The notes beneath the pieces are model-generated. The model worked only from the letters and a program-made list of their open reading frames with translations. It was not told where the DNA came from and did not search any database. Position numbers and translations under genes: made by a program. A stretch of 64,000 nucleotides of DNA from Alphaproteobacteria bacterium (GTDB lineage Bacteria; Pseudomonadota; Alphaproteobacteria; Bin95): NCBI GenBank assembly GCA_963665325.3, contig OZ224045.1, positions 1,728,001 to 1,792,000 of the forward strand, in the 5' to 3' direction. Below are positions 27,296-39,149 of this stretch, piece by piece (position 1 is the first letter of the stretch; every line of letters starts with the position of its first letter).

Positions 27296-28189
27296 TCAGT
27301 TGCCGACGACCTTCACGTCGGCATTGCGCTCCACTGTGTGGATCAGCGCGTTCACGTCCTCGGCGCCGCCATGCTCGTTCACGGCCTGCTGGAACAGGTT
27401 GCGCGCCACATTAGCCATGAACATCGGCGCGCCGCTGTCCACGCCGAGCTGCGTCGCGAGGCGCACGTCCTTCAGCATGAGCTCCAGCGCGAAGTTCGAC
27501 TTTCCGGAGCCATCCCCCAGCCGCGGAAGGGTGAACTCCGTCGTGTAGCTGCGCGCGGAGCCCTTGTGCAGCACCTCCGCGCAGGCGGCGAGGCTGAGGC
27601 CGTTCTTCACCCCCATCGCCACCGCTTCGAAGGTGGCTGCGCGCACGCTGGCGGCGATGACATTGTTCACGAGCTTCATCGCATGGCCCGCGCCCACACC
27701 GCCGCAATGGAAGACATTGGGGCTGACCGCCTCGAAGGTGGCGCGCATGCGGGCGAACTGCGCCTCCGTGCCGCCGGCCATGATTGCGATGGTGCCGGCA
27801 TGCGCACCGTGGGGGCCGCCGGAGACCGGCGCGTCGATCAGCTCCAGCCCGCGTTCCGCCAGCTCCGCCGCCATGGCGCGCGTCGCGTTCGGGTCGCCGG
27901 TCGTCTGGTCCACGATGATACCGCCCGGCGCCATGCCGGCCGCTAGTCCGCCCTCGCCGAAAATGGCTTCGCGAACTTCGTTCGAGGTCGGCAGGCAGAG
28001 CAGCACCGCATCGCAGGCCTGCCCGAGCGCTTCAAGGCTCTGCGCCGGCTGTGCACCTGCCTCCGCCATGTCCTGCACGACTTCCGGCCTGAGGTCGAAA
28101 GCCCTGAGCTTGCGGCTCAGAAGCAGCCGCCGCGCCAGCGCGCCGCCCATATTGCCGAGGCCGACATATCCGAGTTCCATCGAACGCAT
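27296..28189 (-). CDS. Beta-hydroxyacid dehydrogenase (3-hydroxyisobutyrate dehydrogenase family)
   Basis: GLGNMG, DAPVSGG, MKLVNN, LMLKD. Confidence 0.9.
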   Translation of the reverse strand: MRSMELGYVGLGNMGGALARRLLLSRKLRAFDLRPEVVQDMAEAGAQPAQSLEALGQACDAVLLCLPTSNEVREAIFGEGGLAAGMAPGGIIVDQTTGDPNATRAMAAELAERGLELIDAPVSGGPHGAHAGTIAIMAGGTEAQFARMRATFEAVSPNVFHCGGVGAGHAMKLVNNVIAASVRAATFEAVAMGVKNGLSLAACAEVLHKGSARSYTTEFTLPRLGDGSGKSNFALELMLKDVRLATQLGVDSGAPMFMANVARNLFQQAVNEHGGAEDVNALIHTVERNADVKVVGN

Positions 28190-28266
28190 TCCCTCTCTTC
28201 CGCGATGCCCCTGTGCGAAGAGGATAATGCACGAATCGCTACAGCGGAATCGACTGCCGGCCGGGA

Positions 28267-30900
28267 TTACCAGCGCAGGCCGGCTCGGAAGGCGAACCCA
28301 AAGCCTTGTGCACGTCGGCCGTGCCTCGTTCCCTCAATGGCGAAGGAGGCTCCCGGCCTGCCAATGATCCGCCAGCCGATGCGGAACCCGGCAGCGGCCC
28401 GCCGTCGAAGCGAGACCCCCGCATAAGGAGAATGGACGACGCGGTCGCCTGGCGCTGTCCAGCCATAACCGAGCTCGGCATCCAACCTCGCCGCCGGGCG
28501 CGTGGCCGTCCTCCCGGCGGCGCCTGGCGCATCCAGGAGTCGCAGGCTCGGCCCCTCCGGGCTTGGACCGGCACCCCAGGCAGGCGCGACGGCCAGCTTG
28601 AAGCCGCGCCCCTTCGTCTCCGGGTCCAGGCGCAGAGACCCGGAAGCGGCCCATTCTTCGAACCCGGTGTCGCGATGCAGCGCGAGGCTCCGTACCTGTC
28701 CGCGCGCCGTCAGGCCCAGCCTGCGGTCGCTGTAGCGGGCCCCTGCGGACCACTCGACGCCGGCGCCGTTGTCCGCATCGCCCGTGTCATGGCGCAGCCC
28801 TGCGGACATGGACAGGGCGAAGGCGCGCCCCTCGTCAAGCGGGAAATGATTGACGGCGGCGAGAGCCAGACGCAGACGATTCACATCGGCATCCGTTCCT
28901 GCGAGGTCTGCCGTCCCGGAGGAGGCAATACCCATGAAGAGCGCATCCGAGCGCAGTGCGAGTTCGAGACCCTCTCCTTCGCCTGCCGCAGTCAGCGTCC
29001 TGCGTGCACCGAAAGCGCCCATCCGCATGGCGATCGGGGCGCGGCGACGAACGCCCGTCTCGCGTTCGGTCACTACGGTATGGCCGCGTCCGTAGCCAAG
29101 CATTCCCCAAGCCGACAGGCTGTCATCCCGGCCCAGGAGGACATAAGGGTGGACGGCGGTGAGACGGCTCTTCAGGCTGCCCTTGCAACCGGCGCCGAAG
29201 CAGTCCTTGCCCGCGTCATAGGAACCCTCGCCCATGCTGTGGGCCAGTGCAAAGCCGATCTGCGCGCTCCGCCAGTCGCCGTCCATGCCGACGGCGAAGC
29301 TGCGCATACGCCCGTCCAGCGACACAGGGCCCTCCCGGCCCTCGAAGCGGGCGACCGTGCCGCGGCCCCACGCGGTCCCCATGGTTCCGGCCTCCGCGCA
29401 GACCTTGCCACACGCCGCCAGGGGCAGGGAAAGAGCGCTCCGTTCCAGCAGGGCGAAGGGCGATTCACCGGTCTGGACAGACATGGAAGCAGGGAGGCCG
29501 CCAAGCCTTGCATTCGGACTGGGCGGCTGGCGGCGGAGCCGGTCGTCCACGGCTTCCATTGCATGGCCTGCCGCAGCCCGTCCGAACCGCGCGAGCCAGG
29601 GCCGCAGGACATGGGCCTCGAGGCCGCCGGCCGCCACCAGCGAGGACTCGTCATCGACGATGACGAGGGCAACATCGTTCGGCGGCAACACATCGTCTGA
29701 TGGACCGGCGATGGTCCCGGAGACCGTCACTTCGATCCGGGCCGGGCCTTTCTCCTCATTGTCCACCGCGCGAATCGAAACATTGCCCGTGCTCCGGGTA
29801 GCGCCCGCTTCGAAACGCAGCGTTCGGCTCGTGCTGACGACGAAATCGCCCGTTTGTCCGGGGGAAACGGGCCTCGCCGATACATTGACCTCAAAGGCGG
29901 AGTTCGGGGCCCTGGCAAGCCTTGCCGTCACTTGGCTCACACCGCCGTTTTCGTCGACAGGATTGGGCGTCAACGCGAGTTCAATACGGGGCGGCGTCCG
30001 GTTCTCCAGCGTGATGCCGATCAGGCGGCAGGCGACATTGCCGCCAAGGTCCCGGAGCGCCCCGTGGCCCGGATCGATATCGCCGTTGCTGTCCGTCGGC
30101 GGCTGGTACCAGGCCCTAAACGCCTGACCGTGCTCCACAGGTTCTGCCAGAAGGATCTGTACCTTCTTCGGATTCCGGGTCGTTTCGTCCTGCTCGAAAC
30201 CGATGAGGACGCGCTTCGACCGGGGATAAGAAGCGCGCGCGCCCACCGCCCTCAGCCGGAAATGCACGGCAGCCGGCGCATTGCCGGTCTGCAGTTCGCG
30301 ATCGAAGACCAGTTCGACCCGGTCGCTGTTCACCCAGCTGCCGCCATCGAGGTCCGCCACGGGCCGCATGCCGTCATGGCAGTGGCCCGCACTTGCCTCG
30401 TCATCCTCGATGAAGAGCTTGACGGGGTCCGGCGGCACCACGCCGGATCCGTCGACGACCCGCCCGCGAATCGACAGCTCCGCCCTGCCGCCGACGAGAT
30501 ATCTGTCCTGGCTCTCGTTCGCGAACCAGACGACGCCGCTGTTTTCAACGGCGTTGATCGTGACCTTTTTCGAGGCATCGCCGGGATCGAACTCGAGCGT
30601 CAGCCGTGAGCCGGAAGCGCCATCGGCAAATTCGGCGCGGTGCGACGGCCCGCCACCCAGATGATCCGGTTCCGTCAGTTCAATCTCCAACTGAAATCTC
30701 GATGCCGAAGGCGGCGAAACCGCAACCGTCAGGACTGTCGAACCGCTTTCTCCGACCGCATCCGGCGACAACGAAAATGTCACCGTCGGCTGCGTCTGCG
30801 CCCTAGTGTCCGAGACGAACCCCGACGTGACTGAAAGGAAAAGGACAGCAACATTGATACATCGAAACAGGAGCCAGGGCCAAGTAACCGAACAAAGCAT
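28267..30900 (-). CDS. Autotransporter-like adhesin: Calx-beta-like and SwmB-like passenger, C-terminal beta-barrel
   Basis: Signal-like N-terminus; two beta-sandwich units ending IEDDE/IVDDE; ELVFDREL...LRDLGGN; WLARFGR linker; barrel strands LRHDTGDADNGAGVEW, LDAELGYG; terminal W. Confidence 0.75.
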   Translation of the reverse strand: MLCSVTWPWLLFRCINVAVLFLSVTSGFVSDTRAQTQPTVTFSLSPDAVGESGSTVLTVAVSPPSASRFQLEIELTEPDHLGGGPSHRAEFADGASGSRLTLEFDPGDASKKVTINAVENSGVVWFANESQDRYLVGGRAELSIRGRVVDGSGVVPPDPVKLFIEDDEASAGHCHDGMRPVADLDGGSWVNSDRVELVFDRELQTGNAPAAVHFRLRAVGARASYPRSKRVLIGFEQDETTRNPKKVQILLAEPVEHGQAFRAWYQPPTDSNGDIDPGHGALRDLGGNVACRLIGITLENRTPPRIELALTPNPVDENGGVSQVTARLARAPNSAFEVNVSARPVSPGQTGDFVVSTSRTLRFEAGATRSTGNVSIRAVDNEEKGPARIEVTVSGTIAGPSDDVLPPNDVALVIVDDESSLVAAGGLEAHVLRPWLARFGRAAAGHAMEAVDDRLRRQPPSPNARLGGLPASMSVQTGESPFALLERSALSLPLAACGKVCAEAGTMGTAWGRGTVARFEGREGPVSLDGRMRSFAVGMDGDWRSAQIGFALAHSMGEGSYDAGKDCFGAGCKGSLKSRLTAVHPYVLLGRDDSLSAWGMLGYGRGHTVVTERETGVRRRAPIAMRMGAFGARRTLTAAGEGEGLELALRSDALFMGIASSGTADLAGTDADVNRLRLALAAVNHFPLDEGRAFALSMSAGLRHDTGDADNGAGVEWSAGARYSDRRLGLTARGQVRSLALHRDTGFEEWAASGSLRLDPETKGRGFKLAVAPAWGAGPSPEGPSLRLLDAPGAAGRTATRPAARLDAELGYGWTAPGDRVVHSPYAGVSLRRRAAAGFRIGWRIIGRPGASFAIEGTRHGRRAQGFGFAFRAGLRW

Positions 30901-31257
30901 AATTTCCGTATCTCCGGACTACCTGTCCGGATTTTCGAAATCAATTGCCGGCGAACCGGAAGTGACCAAACGCCTCCCGCGATTCGGCGACTACTGAGGG
31001 ATTAATTCACTCATGAACGAGCAATAACAATTGCCAAGAAAAAGATTATATATGACAAAAATGTATAGGAGGTCGGGTGAACTCTTGTAGAGTTTGTCTC
31101 AGATGAATTTCATTGTTTTCACGGATTGACAGACTCAATGCATTTCCAGAATCGATGCGCATCGATAAGTTTGCATATAGCGAAAATACGGCATCCGTCA
31201 TGGATGCAAGCACCTTCATCCAGGGCGAAGGACGAACGGGAAAGGCCTCCCCGGTCT

Positions 31258-33039
31258 TCAGCGCTTCTTCGGCAGGTCGAGGCGGACAGCGAGTTCCTTC
31301 AGCCGGGCGGCCTCGATCGGGGCGGGCGCGCCCATCATCAGGTCCTGGCCCTGCTGGTTCATCGGGAACGCGATCACCTCGCGGATATTGGGCTCGTCGG
31401 CGAGCAGCATGACGATGCGGTCGATCCCGGGGGCCGAGCCGCCATGCGGGGGCGCGCCGAATTTCAGCGCCGAGAGCATGCCGCCGAAGCGCGCCTCGAC
31501 CACTTCGGGCCCGTATCCGGCGATCTCGAACGCCTTGTACATGATGGCCGGGTCGTGGTTGCGGATGGCGCCGGAGGAGAGCTCTACACCGTTGCACACG
31601 ATGTCGTACTGGAACGCCTTGATCTCCAGCGGGTCCATGCTTTCCAGCGCCTCCAGCCCGCCCTGCGGCATGGAGAAGGGGTTGTGGCTGAAACCGACCC
31701 GCCCCGTGGCCACGTCCTGCTCATACATCGGGAAATCGACAATCCAGCAGAAGCGGAAGGCGCCTTTCTCCAGCAGGTCGAGGTCCTCGCCGAGCTTGGT
31801 GCGCGCCGCGCCGGCAAGCTCGGCCGCCTTCTCCGGCTTGTCCGCGGCGAAGAACACTGCGTCGCCGGGTCCCGCGCCTGTGGTCTCGCGCAGAGCCGCA
31901 ACGCGCCCCTCGTCCAGAAACCGGGAGATGGGCCCGCGCGCGCCGTTCTCGTCGAGCGTGACATAGGCAAGGCCGCCCGCGCCCTGCGCCTTTGCCCAGT
32001 CCTGCATCCGGTCGAAATAGCTGCGCGGCTGCGCCGCCCCGCCGGGTGCGGGAATAGCGCGCACCACGCCGCCCTTCTCGATGCCGCGCTCGAAGATCGA
32101 GAAGCCCGAGCCCCGAAATATCTCCGTCGCCTCGGCGATCTCGATGGGGTTGCGCAGGTCGGGCTTGTCGGAGCCGTATTTCAGCATGGCGTCGTCGAAG
32201 CCGATGCGCGGGAAGGGCGGCGGCGTGACCTTGCGGCCCTCCGCAAATTCCTCGAACACACCGGCGAGCACCGGCTCGATGGCGGCGAACACGTCCTCCT
32301 GCGTCACGAACGCCATCTCGAAGTCGAGCTGGTAGAACTCACCCGGCGAGCGGTCGGCGCGCGCGTCCTCGTCGCGGAAGCAGGGCGCGATCTGGAAGTA
32401 GCGGTCGAAGCCCGCGATCATCAGCAGCTGCTTGAACTGCTGCGGCGCCTGCGGCAAGGCGTAGAAATTGCCCGGATGCAGCCGCGACGGCACCAGGAAG
32501 TCGCGTGCACCCTCGGGGCTTTCCGCGGTCAGGATGGGCGTCTGGAACTCGCGGAAGTCCTGCTCGATCATGCGTCGGCGGATCGAGGAGATGATGTCCG
32601 AGCGCAGCGCGATATTGCGCTGCATCTTGTCGCGGCGAAGGTCGAGGAAGCGGTAACGGAGCCGCACTTCCTCGCCATAGTCCTCGTCGCTGTTCACCTG
32701 CAGCGGCAGCGGCTCGGCCGTGCCGAGCACGGCGATCTCGCGGATCGAAACCTCGACCTCGCCGGTCGGCAGCGACGGGTTCACCGTCTCGGCGTCGCGC
32801 TCCACGCATTCACCGGTGATCGTCAGCACCGTTTCGTTGCGCGCCGCATCAAGTACCGAGAAGGTCTCCGCCCGGCTCGAGTCGATCACGCATTGCGTCA
32901 GCCCGTAGCGGTCGCGCAGGTCCACGAACAGCAGGCTGCCATGGTCGCGCTTGCGGTGGACCCAGCCGGAGAGGCGGACGGTGCTTCCGACATCGGCGCT
33001 GCGCAGCGCGCCGCAATCGTGTGTGCGGTAGGGGTGCAT
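31258..33039 (-). CDS. aspS: Aspartate--tRNA(Asp/Asn) ligase (non-discriminating type)
   Basis: RTHDCG, KRDHG (His of ND type), [32 protein letters not shown]. Confidence 0.97.
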   Translation of the reverse strand: MHPYRTHDCGALRSADVGSTVRLSGWVHRKRDHGSLLFVDLRDRYGLTQCVIDSSRAETFSVLDAARNETVLTITGECVERDAETVNPSLPTGEVEVSIREIAVLGTAEPLPLQVNSDEDYGEEVRLRYRFLDLRRDKMQRNIALRSDIISSIRRRMIEQDFREFQTPILTAESPEGARDFLVPSRLHPGNFYALPQAPQQFKQLLMIAGFDRYFQIAPCFRDEDARADRSPGEFYQLDFEMAFVTQEDVFAAIEPVLAGVFEEFAEGRKVTPPPFPRIGFDDAMLKYGSDKPDLRNPIEIAEATEIFRGSGFSIFERGIEKGGVVRAIPAPGGAAQPRSYFDRMQDWAKAQGAGGLAYVTLDENGARGPISRFLDEGRVAALRETTGAGPGDAVFFAADKPEKAAELAGAARTKLGEDLDLLEKGAFRFCWIVDFPMYEQDVATGRVGFSHNPFSMPQGGLEALESMDPLEIKAFQYDIVCNGVELSSGAIRNHDPAIMYKAFEIAGYGPEVVEARFGGMLSALKFGAPPHGGSAPGIDRIVMLLADEPNIREVIAFPMNQQGQDLMMGAPAPIEAARLKELAVRLDLPKKR

Positions 33040-33132
33040 GGGTTCTCGGGCTCGTATCGCAAAGGTGGCGGGGGAATGGAGTGAGCGGGGCTGGCTTGTC
33101 AAGCCGCGGGACCGGGCTTATGAGCCGGGACC

Positions 33133-34308
33133 ATGCCCTCCTCGACATTGCCGACCCCCGACCCGCGCCTCATCGAGGCCCAGGCGGACCTCGACGCATT
33201 CTGCGCCCGGTTGCAGGAAGCGGACTATGTGACGGTCGATACCGAGTTCATGCGGGATGCGACCTATTGGTCGAAACTCTGCCTGCTCCAGCTTGCGGAC
33301 GCGGAGCAGGCGCGGGCGGTGGACACACTGGCGCCCGGCCTGGACCTCGCGCCCGTCTGGCAGTTGCTGACCTCTCCGGTGCCGAAGGTCATGCACGCCG
33401 CGCGCCAGGACATCGAAATCTTCTTCCATATGGGCGGCGTCATCCCGGAGCCGCTGCTCGACACCCAGGTCGGCGCCATGGTCTGCGGCTTTGGCGACCA
33501 GGCGGCCTATGACACGCTGGTGAAACATTTTGCCGGCCGGCGGATCGACAAGCGCGCCCGCTTCGCGGATTGGGGGCGCCGCCCCCTTCCCGACCGGCAG
33601 ATCGACTATGCGCTTGCCGATGTGATCTGGCTGCGCGCGGTCTATGAGGGCCTCATGGCGGAACTCCGCCGCAACGACCGCGCCGACTGGGTGGTGGAGG
33701 AAGAGGCCGTGCTGCTGGACCCGGAGACCTACCGCCTCGACCCCGACCGGGCGTGGACGCGGCTGAAAACCCGAAGTACGGACCCGGCATACCTTGCGGT
33801 GGTGCGGGCAGTTGCGGCATGGCGCGAGCGCGAGGCGCAGCGGCTCGACCTGCCGCGCAATCGTGTCCTGCGCGACGACGCCCTGCTCGATGTCGCGGCC
33901 CAGGCCCCGGCGGATGCGGACGCGCTGGCCCATTGCCGGGGGGTCACGCAAGGCATGGCGGCCGGGCGGCTCGGCCCCGGCCTGCTGGCTGCCGTGGCGG
34001 AGGGCAGAGCCGTCTCGCCCGAAGACCGCCCGCAGCCGGCGCCGCAGAGGGAGCGGCCCAGGGGTGTCGGCCCTGCAATGGAACTGCTGCGCGTGCTGCT
34101 GAAGGCTCGGGTGGAGCATGAGGGCGTCGCGCAGAAGCTCGTCGCCAGCAGCGAGGACCTCGAAGACCTGGCGGCCGGAGCGGAAGATGGGCCCCTGCTG
34201 CAGGGCTGGCGCAGGGAGCTGTTCGGCGCGGATGCCCAGCGCCTGCTGCGCGGCGAACTGGCGCTGACGGTGAAGCGCGGCCGGGTAATCGTGTCAGAGC
34301 TCCCGTAA
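33133..34308 (+). CDS. rnd: Ribonuclease D
   Basis: VDTEFMR, HAARQD, DTQV, DWGRRPL, YALADV, HRDC region WREREAQ. Confidence 0.95.
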   Translation: MPSSTLPTPDPRLIEAQADLDAFCARLQEADYVTVDTEFMRDATYWSKLCLLQLADAEQARAVDTLAPGLDLAPVWQLLTSPVPKVMHAARQDIEIFFHMGGVIPEPLLDTQVGAMVCGFGDQAAYDTLVKHFAGRRIDKRARFADWGRRPLPDRQIDYALADVIWLRAVYEGLMAELRRNDRADWVVEEEAVLLDPETYRLDPDRAWTRLKTRSTDPAYLAVVRAVAAWREREAQRLDLPRNRVLRDDALLDVAAQAPADADALAHCRGVTQGMAAGRLGPGLLAAVAEGRAVSPEDRPQPAPQRERPRGVGPAMELLRVLLKARVEHEGVAQKLVASSEDLEDLAAGAEDGPLLQGWRRELFGADAQRLLRGELALTVKRGRVIVSELP

Positions 34309-35754
34309 GTCCGGAGAAAGGTCGAGGGCCGCAGCGAGCGCGGCGAGCCGGCGTTCGACTTCCGGGCTCATGAAATCGGGATGGACGAAGAGCGCCAGGG
34401 ATTCCGCCTCGCGCCGCAGCCGGGCTTCCGCGATCCCCGGCGCCAGCGTCATGGCCAGGCGTAGCGCGAGACCGATCGACAAGGCCCGGTTGCGGGCGTC
34501 CTCTTCGGTCAGCGTCCACGCCGGTTTCGTCCAGCCCTGGTCGATGCGCCCGTCGTAGCGCGCCGCCAGCACGAGCCCGAGAAAGGCGCGCTCCGCATGT
34601 TCGATGGCCACGGCCTGGAGCCGGAACGCCCGCATGAAGGCGTGCTCGGCCCGGTAGGAGGGATGCTCCATGCCGGCGATGTCGACGAGCCGGCAGGCCG
34701 CCTTCGCGATACGTTCATCCGCCGGTGAAAGGCCGAGGCCGAGCGCCGAGACCCAGGCCATGAGGGAACCAGGTGTCATGCGCTGGCGGGCGCCGCTGCG
34801 GCCGATGCGGGTGCAGGCGGTGAGCAGGGGGTCCCGCTTGCCGGGCTTCGTGCGCCGGCTGTGCAGCATCAGCCCTTCGCGCAGTCCGGCGCTGGAAAAG
34901 ACGACCCGCTCCGGGACGATGCGGTCGACAAGCTGCAGCATGATCTCGGCGGCGGCCGGCAGGTGCGGCCGGCGCCGGCTGGACACCTGCGTAAGCTCGG
35001 CGAGGCTGCTGTCGCTCATCCGGGTCAGCATGGCGCAGAAGTCGCGCGCCTCGCGGGCCGGCACCGCAAATTGGTGGACGATATCCAGCGGATGGCGGCT
35101 GTGGCTGAGGTAGAGCCGCGCCCAGGCCCGCCAGGAGCCGCCGATGCAATAGAGGCTGCCCGGCGGGTCCGACGGTTGCAGCCAGTCCGTGCGGTCGAGG
35201 CTGGCGGCGACATGCCGGGCGAGGTCCTTGCGGCTTCCTATATCGGCGAGGCGCAGCACGCCCAGCGGAAAGCTGTCGCTGTCGGCGGCGCGCATGTTCG
35301 CGACGCGCACGAGTTCGAGGCTGCCGCCGCCGAGGTCGCCGACGACGCCGGTCGCATCAGGAATGGCCCCCAGAACGCCGCGCGCGCCCGCCATGGCCTC
35401 GTCGGCGCCGCTCAATATCTCGATTTTCCGCTCGCTGATCCGCTCGAGATGGCGCGCGAATTCGGCGCCGTCGCTGGCATCCCGGATCGCCGCCGTCGCA
35501 TAGGCCTCCAGCCTGTCGACATCGAGCAGGGTTGCGACATTGATGAACCGCTGGAACGCCTGCTCCGCGAGCCTGCGCCCTTCCGGGTTGAGCTTGCCGG
35601 TCCGGTTGAGATCGGCTGCGAGCCGGCAGGTCGCTTTATCGTTGAAGAGCGGGCGAAAGCTGTCCGGCCGGCTGCCATAGACCACCAGCCGTACCGAGTT
35701 GGAGCCGATATCGACAATGCCGACCCGTCTGGCGGCCCGCGTCTGCTGCAACAT
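34294..35754 (-). CDS. ppx: Exopolyphosphatase Ppx/GppA
   Basis: DIGSNSVRL, ATAAIRDA, DLGGGSLEL, GLREG; adjacent to ppk1. Confidence 0.92.
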   Translation of the reverse strand: MLQQTRAARRVGIVDIGSNSVRLVVYGSRPDSFRPLFNDKATCRLAADLNRTGKLNPEGRRLAEQAFQRFINVATLLDVDRLEAYATAAIRDASDGAEFARHLERISERKIEILSGADEAMAGARGVLGAIPDATGVVGDLGGGSLELVRVANMRAADSDSFPLGVLRLADIGSRKDLARHVAASLDRTDWLQPSDPPGSLYCIGGSWRAWARLYLSHSRHPLDIVHQFAVPAREARDFCAMLTRMSDSSLAELTQVSSRRRPHLPAAAEIMLQLVDRIVPERVVFSSAGLREGLMLHSRRTKPGKRDPLLTACTRIGRSGARQRMTPGSLMAWVSALGLGLSPADERIAKAACRLVDIAGMEHPSYRAEHAFMRAFRLQAVAIEHAERAFLGLVLAARYDGRIDQGWTKPAWTLTEEDARNRALSIGLALRLAMTLAPGIAEARLRREAESLALFVHPDFMSPEVERRLAALAAALDLSPDLREL

Positions 35755-35771
35755 GCGGTGCGCTTGCCGGC

Positions 35772-37913
35772 CTAGATGGGAGCGGGCAGGGGTTCGGGCT
35801 TCTTGGCCGAACGCTCAATGGCGCTACCGCGACCGGAGAGGCTCGGGTTCGTCATGAAATACTGGTGCGCGGAGAAGGGAGCTGGGCCCGCCTCCACGCG
35901 GGTATAACTGCCGTCCGGGCCGAGCAGCCAGCTCTGCGCCGTATCGTTGAGATTGGCGACCATGATCTGGTCCAGTATCTGGCGGTGGACGGTGGGGTTC
36001 TCGACCGGCACGAATGCCTCGACGCGGCGGTAGAGGTTGCGCGGCATCCAGTCGGCGGACCCGATGAACACCCTGGCTCGCGGTGACGGCAGGCCGTGGC
36101 CGGCTCCGAAGCAGGCGATGCGCGCATGTTCGAGAAAGCGTCCGACGATGCTCTTGACCCGGATGTTCTCCGAGAGGTTGGGAACGCCCGGCCGGAGGCA
36201 GCAGATGCCGCGCACGACCAGGTCGATCTCGACGCCGGCGGCCGATGCGCGGTAGAGCGCGTCGACGACCTCGGGATCGACGAGCGAGTTCATCTTGGCC
36301 CAGATCTGCGCCGGACGGCCTGCCTTGGCGTGGCCGATTTCCTCTTCGATAAGCGCAAGCAGCCTGGGTGCGAGCGTCAGGGGCGAGACGGCGATCTTGT
36401 CGAAACGCTCCGGCTCCGCGTAGCCAGTGGTGTAGTTGAACAGCCGCGTGGCGTCGCTGCACAGGTCCCCGTCGGTGGTGAAGAAGGACAGGTCCGTGTA
36501 GATGCGCGCATTGACCGGGTGGTAGTTGCCGGTGCCGTAATGGGCGTAGCTGCGAAGCCCGTCGGCCTCGCGGCGGACCACCAGCGAGAGCTTGCAGTGC
36601 GTCTTGAGGTCGATGAAGCCGTAAACCACGAGCGCGCCGGCGCGCTCCAGGTTCCGCGCCCAGCGGATATTGGCCTCTTCGTCGAAGCGCGCCTTGAGCT
36701 CCACCAGCGCGGTGACCGACTTGCCCGCCTCCGCCGCCTCGATGAGCGCATCCACGATGGGCGACTCCTCCGAGGTCCGGTAGAGCGTCTGCTTGATCGC
36801 CACCACGTCCGGGTCGCGCGCCGCCTGGCGCAGGAAGCGCACCACGACATCGAAGCTCTCATAGGGATGGTGGACGACGATGTCCTTGGCGCGGATGGCG
36901 GCGAAACAATCGCCGCCGAAATCGCGGATACGCTCCGGGAAGCGCGCTTCGAAGGGCTGGAACAGGAGGTCGGGCCGCCGCCCGTCTATGAGTTGGTCCA
37001 GGTCGCCGAGGCCGACCGGGCCTTCGAGGGTGAACACATCGGCGATCTCGGCGTCGAGCCGCCGGGTCAGCGCCAGCGCCAGGGCCTGCGGCATGCTCGC
37101 GGCGATCGACAGCTGGACGACATTGCCGCGCCGCCGCCGCCGTAACGCCGATTCGAACAGCCGGACCAGGTCCTCGGCTTCCTCCTCGATCTCCATCTCG
37201 CTGTCGCGGATCACGCGGTAGCTTCCGGCTCCCCGCAGTTCGAACCCGGGGAAGAGGTGCCCCAGGAACAGCGCCACCATGTCCTCGATGGCCAGATAGC
37301 GCCGGGCCGGGCCGGGCAGGGCGACGAACCGGTCGAGCATGCCGGGAATCGGCACCAGGGCCTCGAATTCGCGCCCGTCCTCCCGGTAGTACAGGTCCAC
37401 GGCCAAGCCGAAGCCGGAATTGGGAATGAAGGGGAAGGGGTGCGCCGGATCGACCGTAAGCGGCGTCAGCACCGGGAACACGTCGCTCAAGAAATAGGCT
37501 TCGAGCCAGCTGCGGTCTTCATCGGAGAGGGTGCGGTCGTCCACCAGGTCGATGCCGGCCCTGCGCAGTTCGAGCATGAGGCGCCGCCAGCAGGCCTGTT
37601 GGCCGGCCACAAGCTCCCGTGCGCGGCTGTCGACCGCCTCGAGCTGCTGCGCCGGCGTCAGCCCGTCGGCGCTCGGCGTGCGCACGCCCGCGGTTTCCTG
37701 GCCCTTCAGGCCGGCCACGCGCACCATGTAGAATTCGTCGAGATTCTGGGCGGAGATCGACAGAAAGCGCAGGCGCTCCAGAAGCGGGTGGGCCGGGTTC
37801 GACGCCTCTTCCAGCACCCGCTCGTTGAAGGCCAGCCAGGAAACCTCGCGGTTGATGAACCGCGCCGGCGAGTCCAAGCCGGACCAGTCGAATGCGCCTC
37901 CGTCTATCGGCAT
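35772..37913 (-). CDS. ppk1: Polyphosphate kinase 1
   Basis: [53 protein letters not shown]. Confidence 0.97.
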   Translation of the reverse strand: MPIDGGAFDWSGLDSPARFINREVSWLAFNERVLEEASNPAHPLLERLRFLSISAQNLDEFYMVRVAGLKGQETAGVRTPSADGLTPAQQLEAVDSRARELVAGQQACWRRLMLELRRAGIDLVDDRTLSDEDRSWLEAYFLSDVFPVLTPLTVDPAHPFPFIPNSGFGLAVDLYYREDGREFEALVPIPGMLDRFVALPGPARRYLAIEDMVALFLGHLFPGFELRGAGSYRVIRDSEMEIEEEAEDLVRLFESALRRRRRGNVVQLSIAASMPQALALALTRRLDAEIADVFTLEGPVGLGDLDQLIDGRRPDLLFQPFEARFPERIRDFGGDCFAAIRAKDIVVHHPYESFDVVVRFLRQAARDPDVVAIKQTLYRTSEESPIVDALIEAAEAGKSVTALVELKARFDEEANIRWARNLERAGALVVYGFIDLKTHCKLSLVVRREADGLRSYAHYGTGNYHPVNARIYTDLSFFTTDGDLCSDATRLFNYTTGYAEPERFDKIAVSPLTLAPRLLALIEEEIGHAKAGRPAQIWAKMNSLVDPEVVDALYRASAAGVEIDLVVRGICCLRPGVPNLSENIRVKSIVGRFLEHARIACFGAGHGLPSPRARVFIGSADWMPRNLYRRVEAFVPVENPTVHRQILDQIMVANLNDTAQSWLLGPDGSYTRVEAGPAPFSAHQYFMTNPSLSGRGSAIERSAKKPEPLPAPI

Positions 37914-38119
37914 GGCGGCATGCGGCTCCTTTGCGACCCCGCGCGGCGGACAATCCGCGCTTCGCACGTCTCCGGCAGCGCGGAAACTTGCGGCGTTTAT
38001 ACACCAACTCGCGAGCGGAAGCGCCCGGCGACATGCGTGCCGCCCTGCGCCTCGGCATCGGTAGCGTTCGCGCGCGCCGTGGGCTAGCTTGTGCGCGTCG
38101 ATCCGATTGGAATAATGGT

Positions 38120-39136
38120 ATGGCGGGTGTCTCTAGGGCCAACGGCCACCGCTTCAAGGGTTTGCAGACGACCGAGAGCGGCGTGCCGGAGAAGCTGCGG
38201 CCGGACCCGGACAAATGGCCCTTCGACCTCGACGAGGCACTGGGAGCGGTGTTCGCTTATCACGCCGATATCCCGGAGGAAGCCTTTACCGCCTCGACGC
38301 TCGGGCAGGAGCGCGAGGGCAATGCCGTCCTGATCGACGACAAGGGCTATTTGCTGACTATCGGCTACCTGGCGACGGAAGCCGACGAGGTGACCCTGAC
38401 CGATGTCGAGGGAACGCAATTCCCCGCCCGTGTGGTCGGCTACGACCAGGTGACGGGCCTCGGCCTGCTCCGCGCCGACGGGCCGCTGGACCGCCGGCCG
38501 GTGACGCTCGGCAGCGTGGACGAATTGCGCGTGGGCGACGAGGCCATTGCGGCCGCGGGTGGCGGCCTCGACGTCGCCATGGTGGTGTCTGTGGTCTCGA
38601 AGCGGGAGTTCGCGGGCTACTGGGAATACCTGCTTGACGAGGCGGTGTTCACCTCTCCGCCGCATCCCCGCTGGAGCGGCGCGGCGCTGATGTCCCGGCA
38701 GGGCGTGCTGGTGGCGATCGGCTCGCTCTATGTGCAGGACAGCCTGCCGGGAGAGCAGACGCGGCCCGGCAACATGTTCGTGCCCGTCGAGCTGCTGCAC
38801 CCGATCTTCGAGGAGCTGGCCGCCTCGGGCCATGCTGCGCGCCCGCCGCGTCCCTGGCTCGGCATGTTCGGCGCCGAGGTCGAGGACCGGGTGGTCATAG
38901 CCGGCCTCACCGATGACGGGCCGGCCGACGATGCCGGGCTCAAGGTCGGCGACCTGGTGCTGGGTGTTGCCGGCGAGCCTGTCGGGGGGCTGTCGGACTT
39001 CTACCGCGCCGTATGGGCGCTCGGGCCGGCCGGAGTGGAAGTGCCGCTGGATGTCTATCGCGACGGGGAACTGGTCCATGTCGCAGTGCATTCGGCCGAC
39101 CGCCGCTCCTTCCTGAAAACTCCCAACCGACACTGA
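38120..39136 (+). CDS. S1C/HtrA-like trypsin-fold + PDZ protein
   Basis: [49 protein letters not shown]...GPADDAGL. Confidence 0.85.
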   Translation: MAGVSRANGHRFKGLQTTESGVPEKLRPDPDKWPFDLDEALGAVFAYHADIPEEAFTASTLGQEREGNAVLIDDKGYLLTIGYLATEADEVTLTDVEGTQFPARVVGYDQVTGLGLLRADGPLDRRPVTLGSVDELRVGDEAIAAAGGGLDVAMVVSVVSKREFAGYWEYLLDEAVFTSPPHPRWSGAALMSRQGVLVAIGSLYVQDSLPGEQTRPGNMFVPVELLHPIFEELAASGHAARPPRPWLGMFGAEVEDRVVIAGLTDDGPADDAGLKVGDLVLGVAGEPVGGLSDFYRAVWALGPAGVEVPLDVYRDGELVHVAVHSADRRSFLKTPNRH

Positions 39137-39149
39137 CCGGGTTTCGGGG

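Noticed and set aside
31126-33084. 652-aa plus-strand ORF and similar long ORFs opposite real genes
   Set aside because: Antisense shadows (here of aspS) caused by GC3 bias
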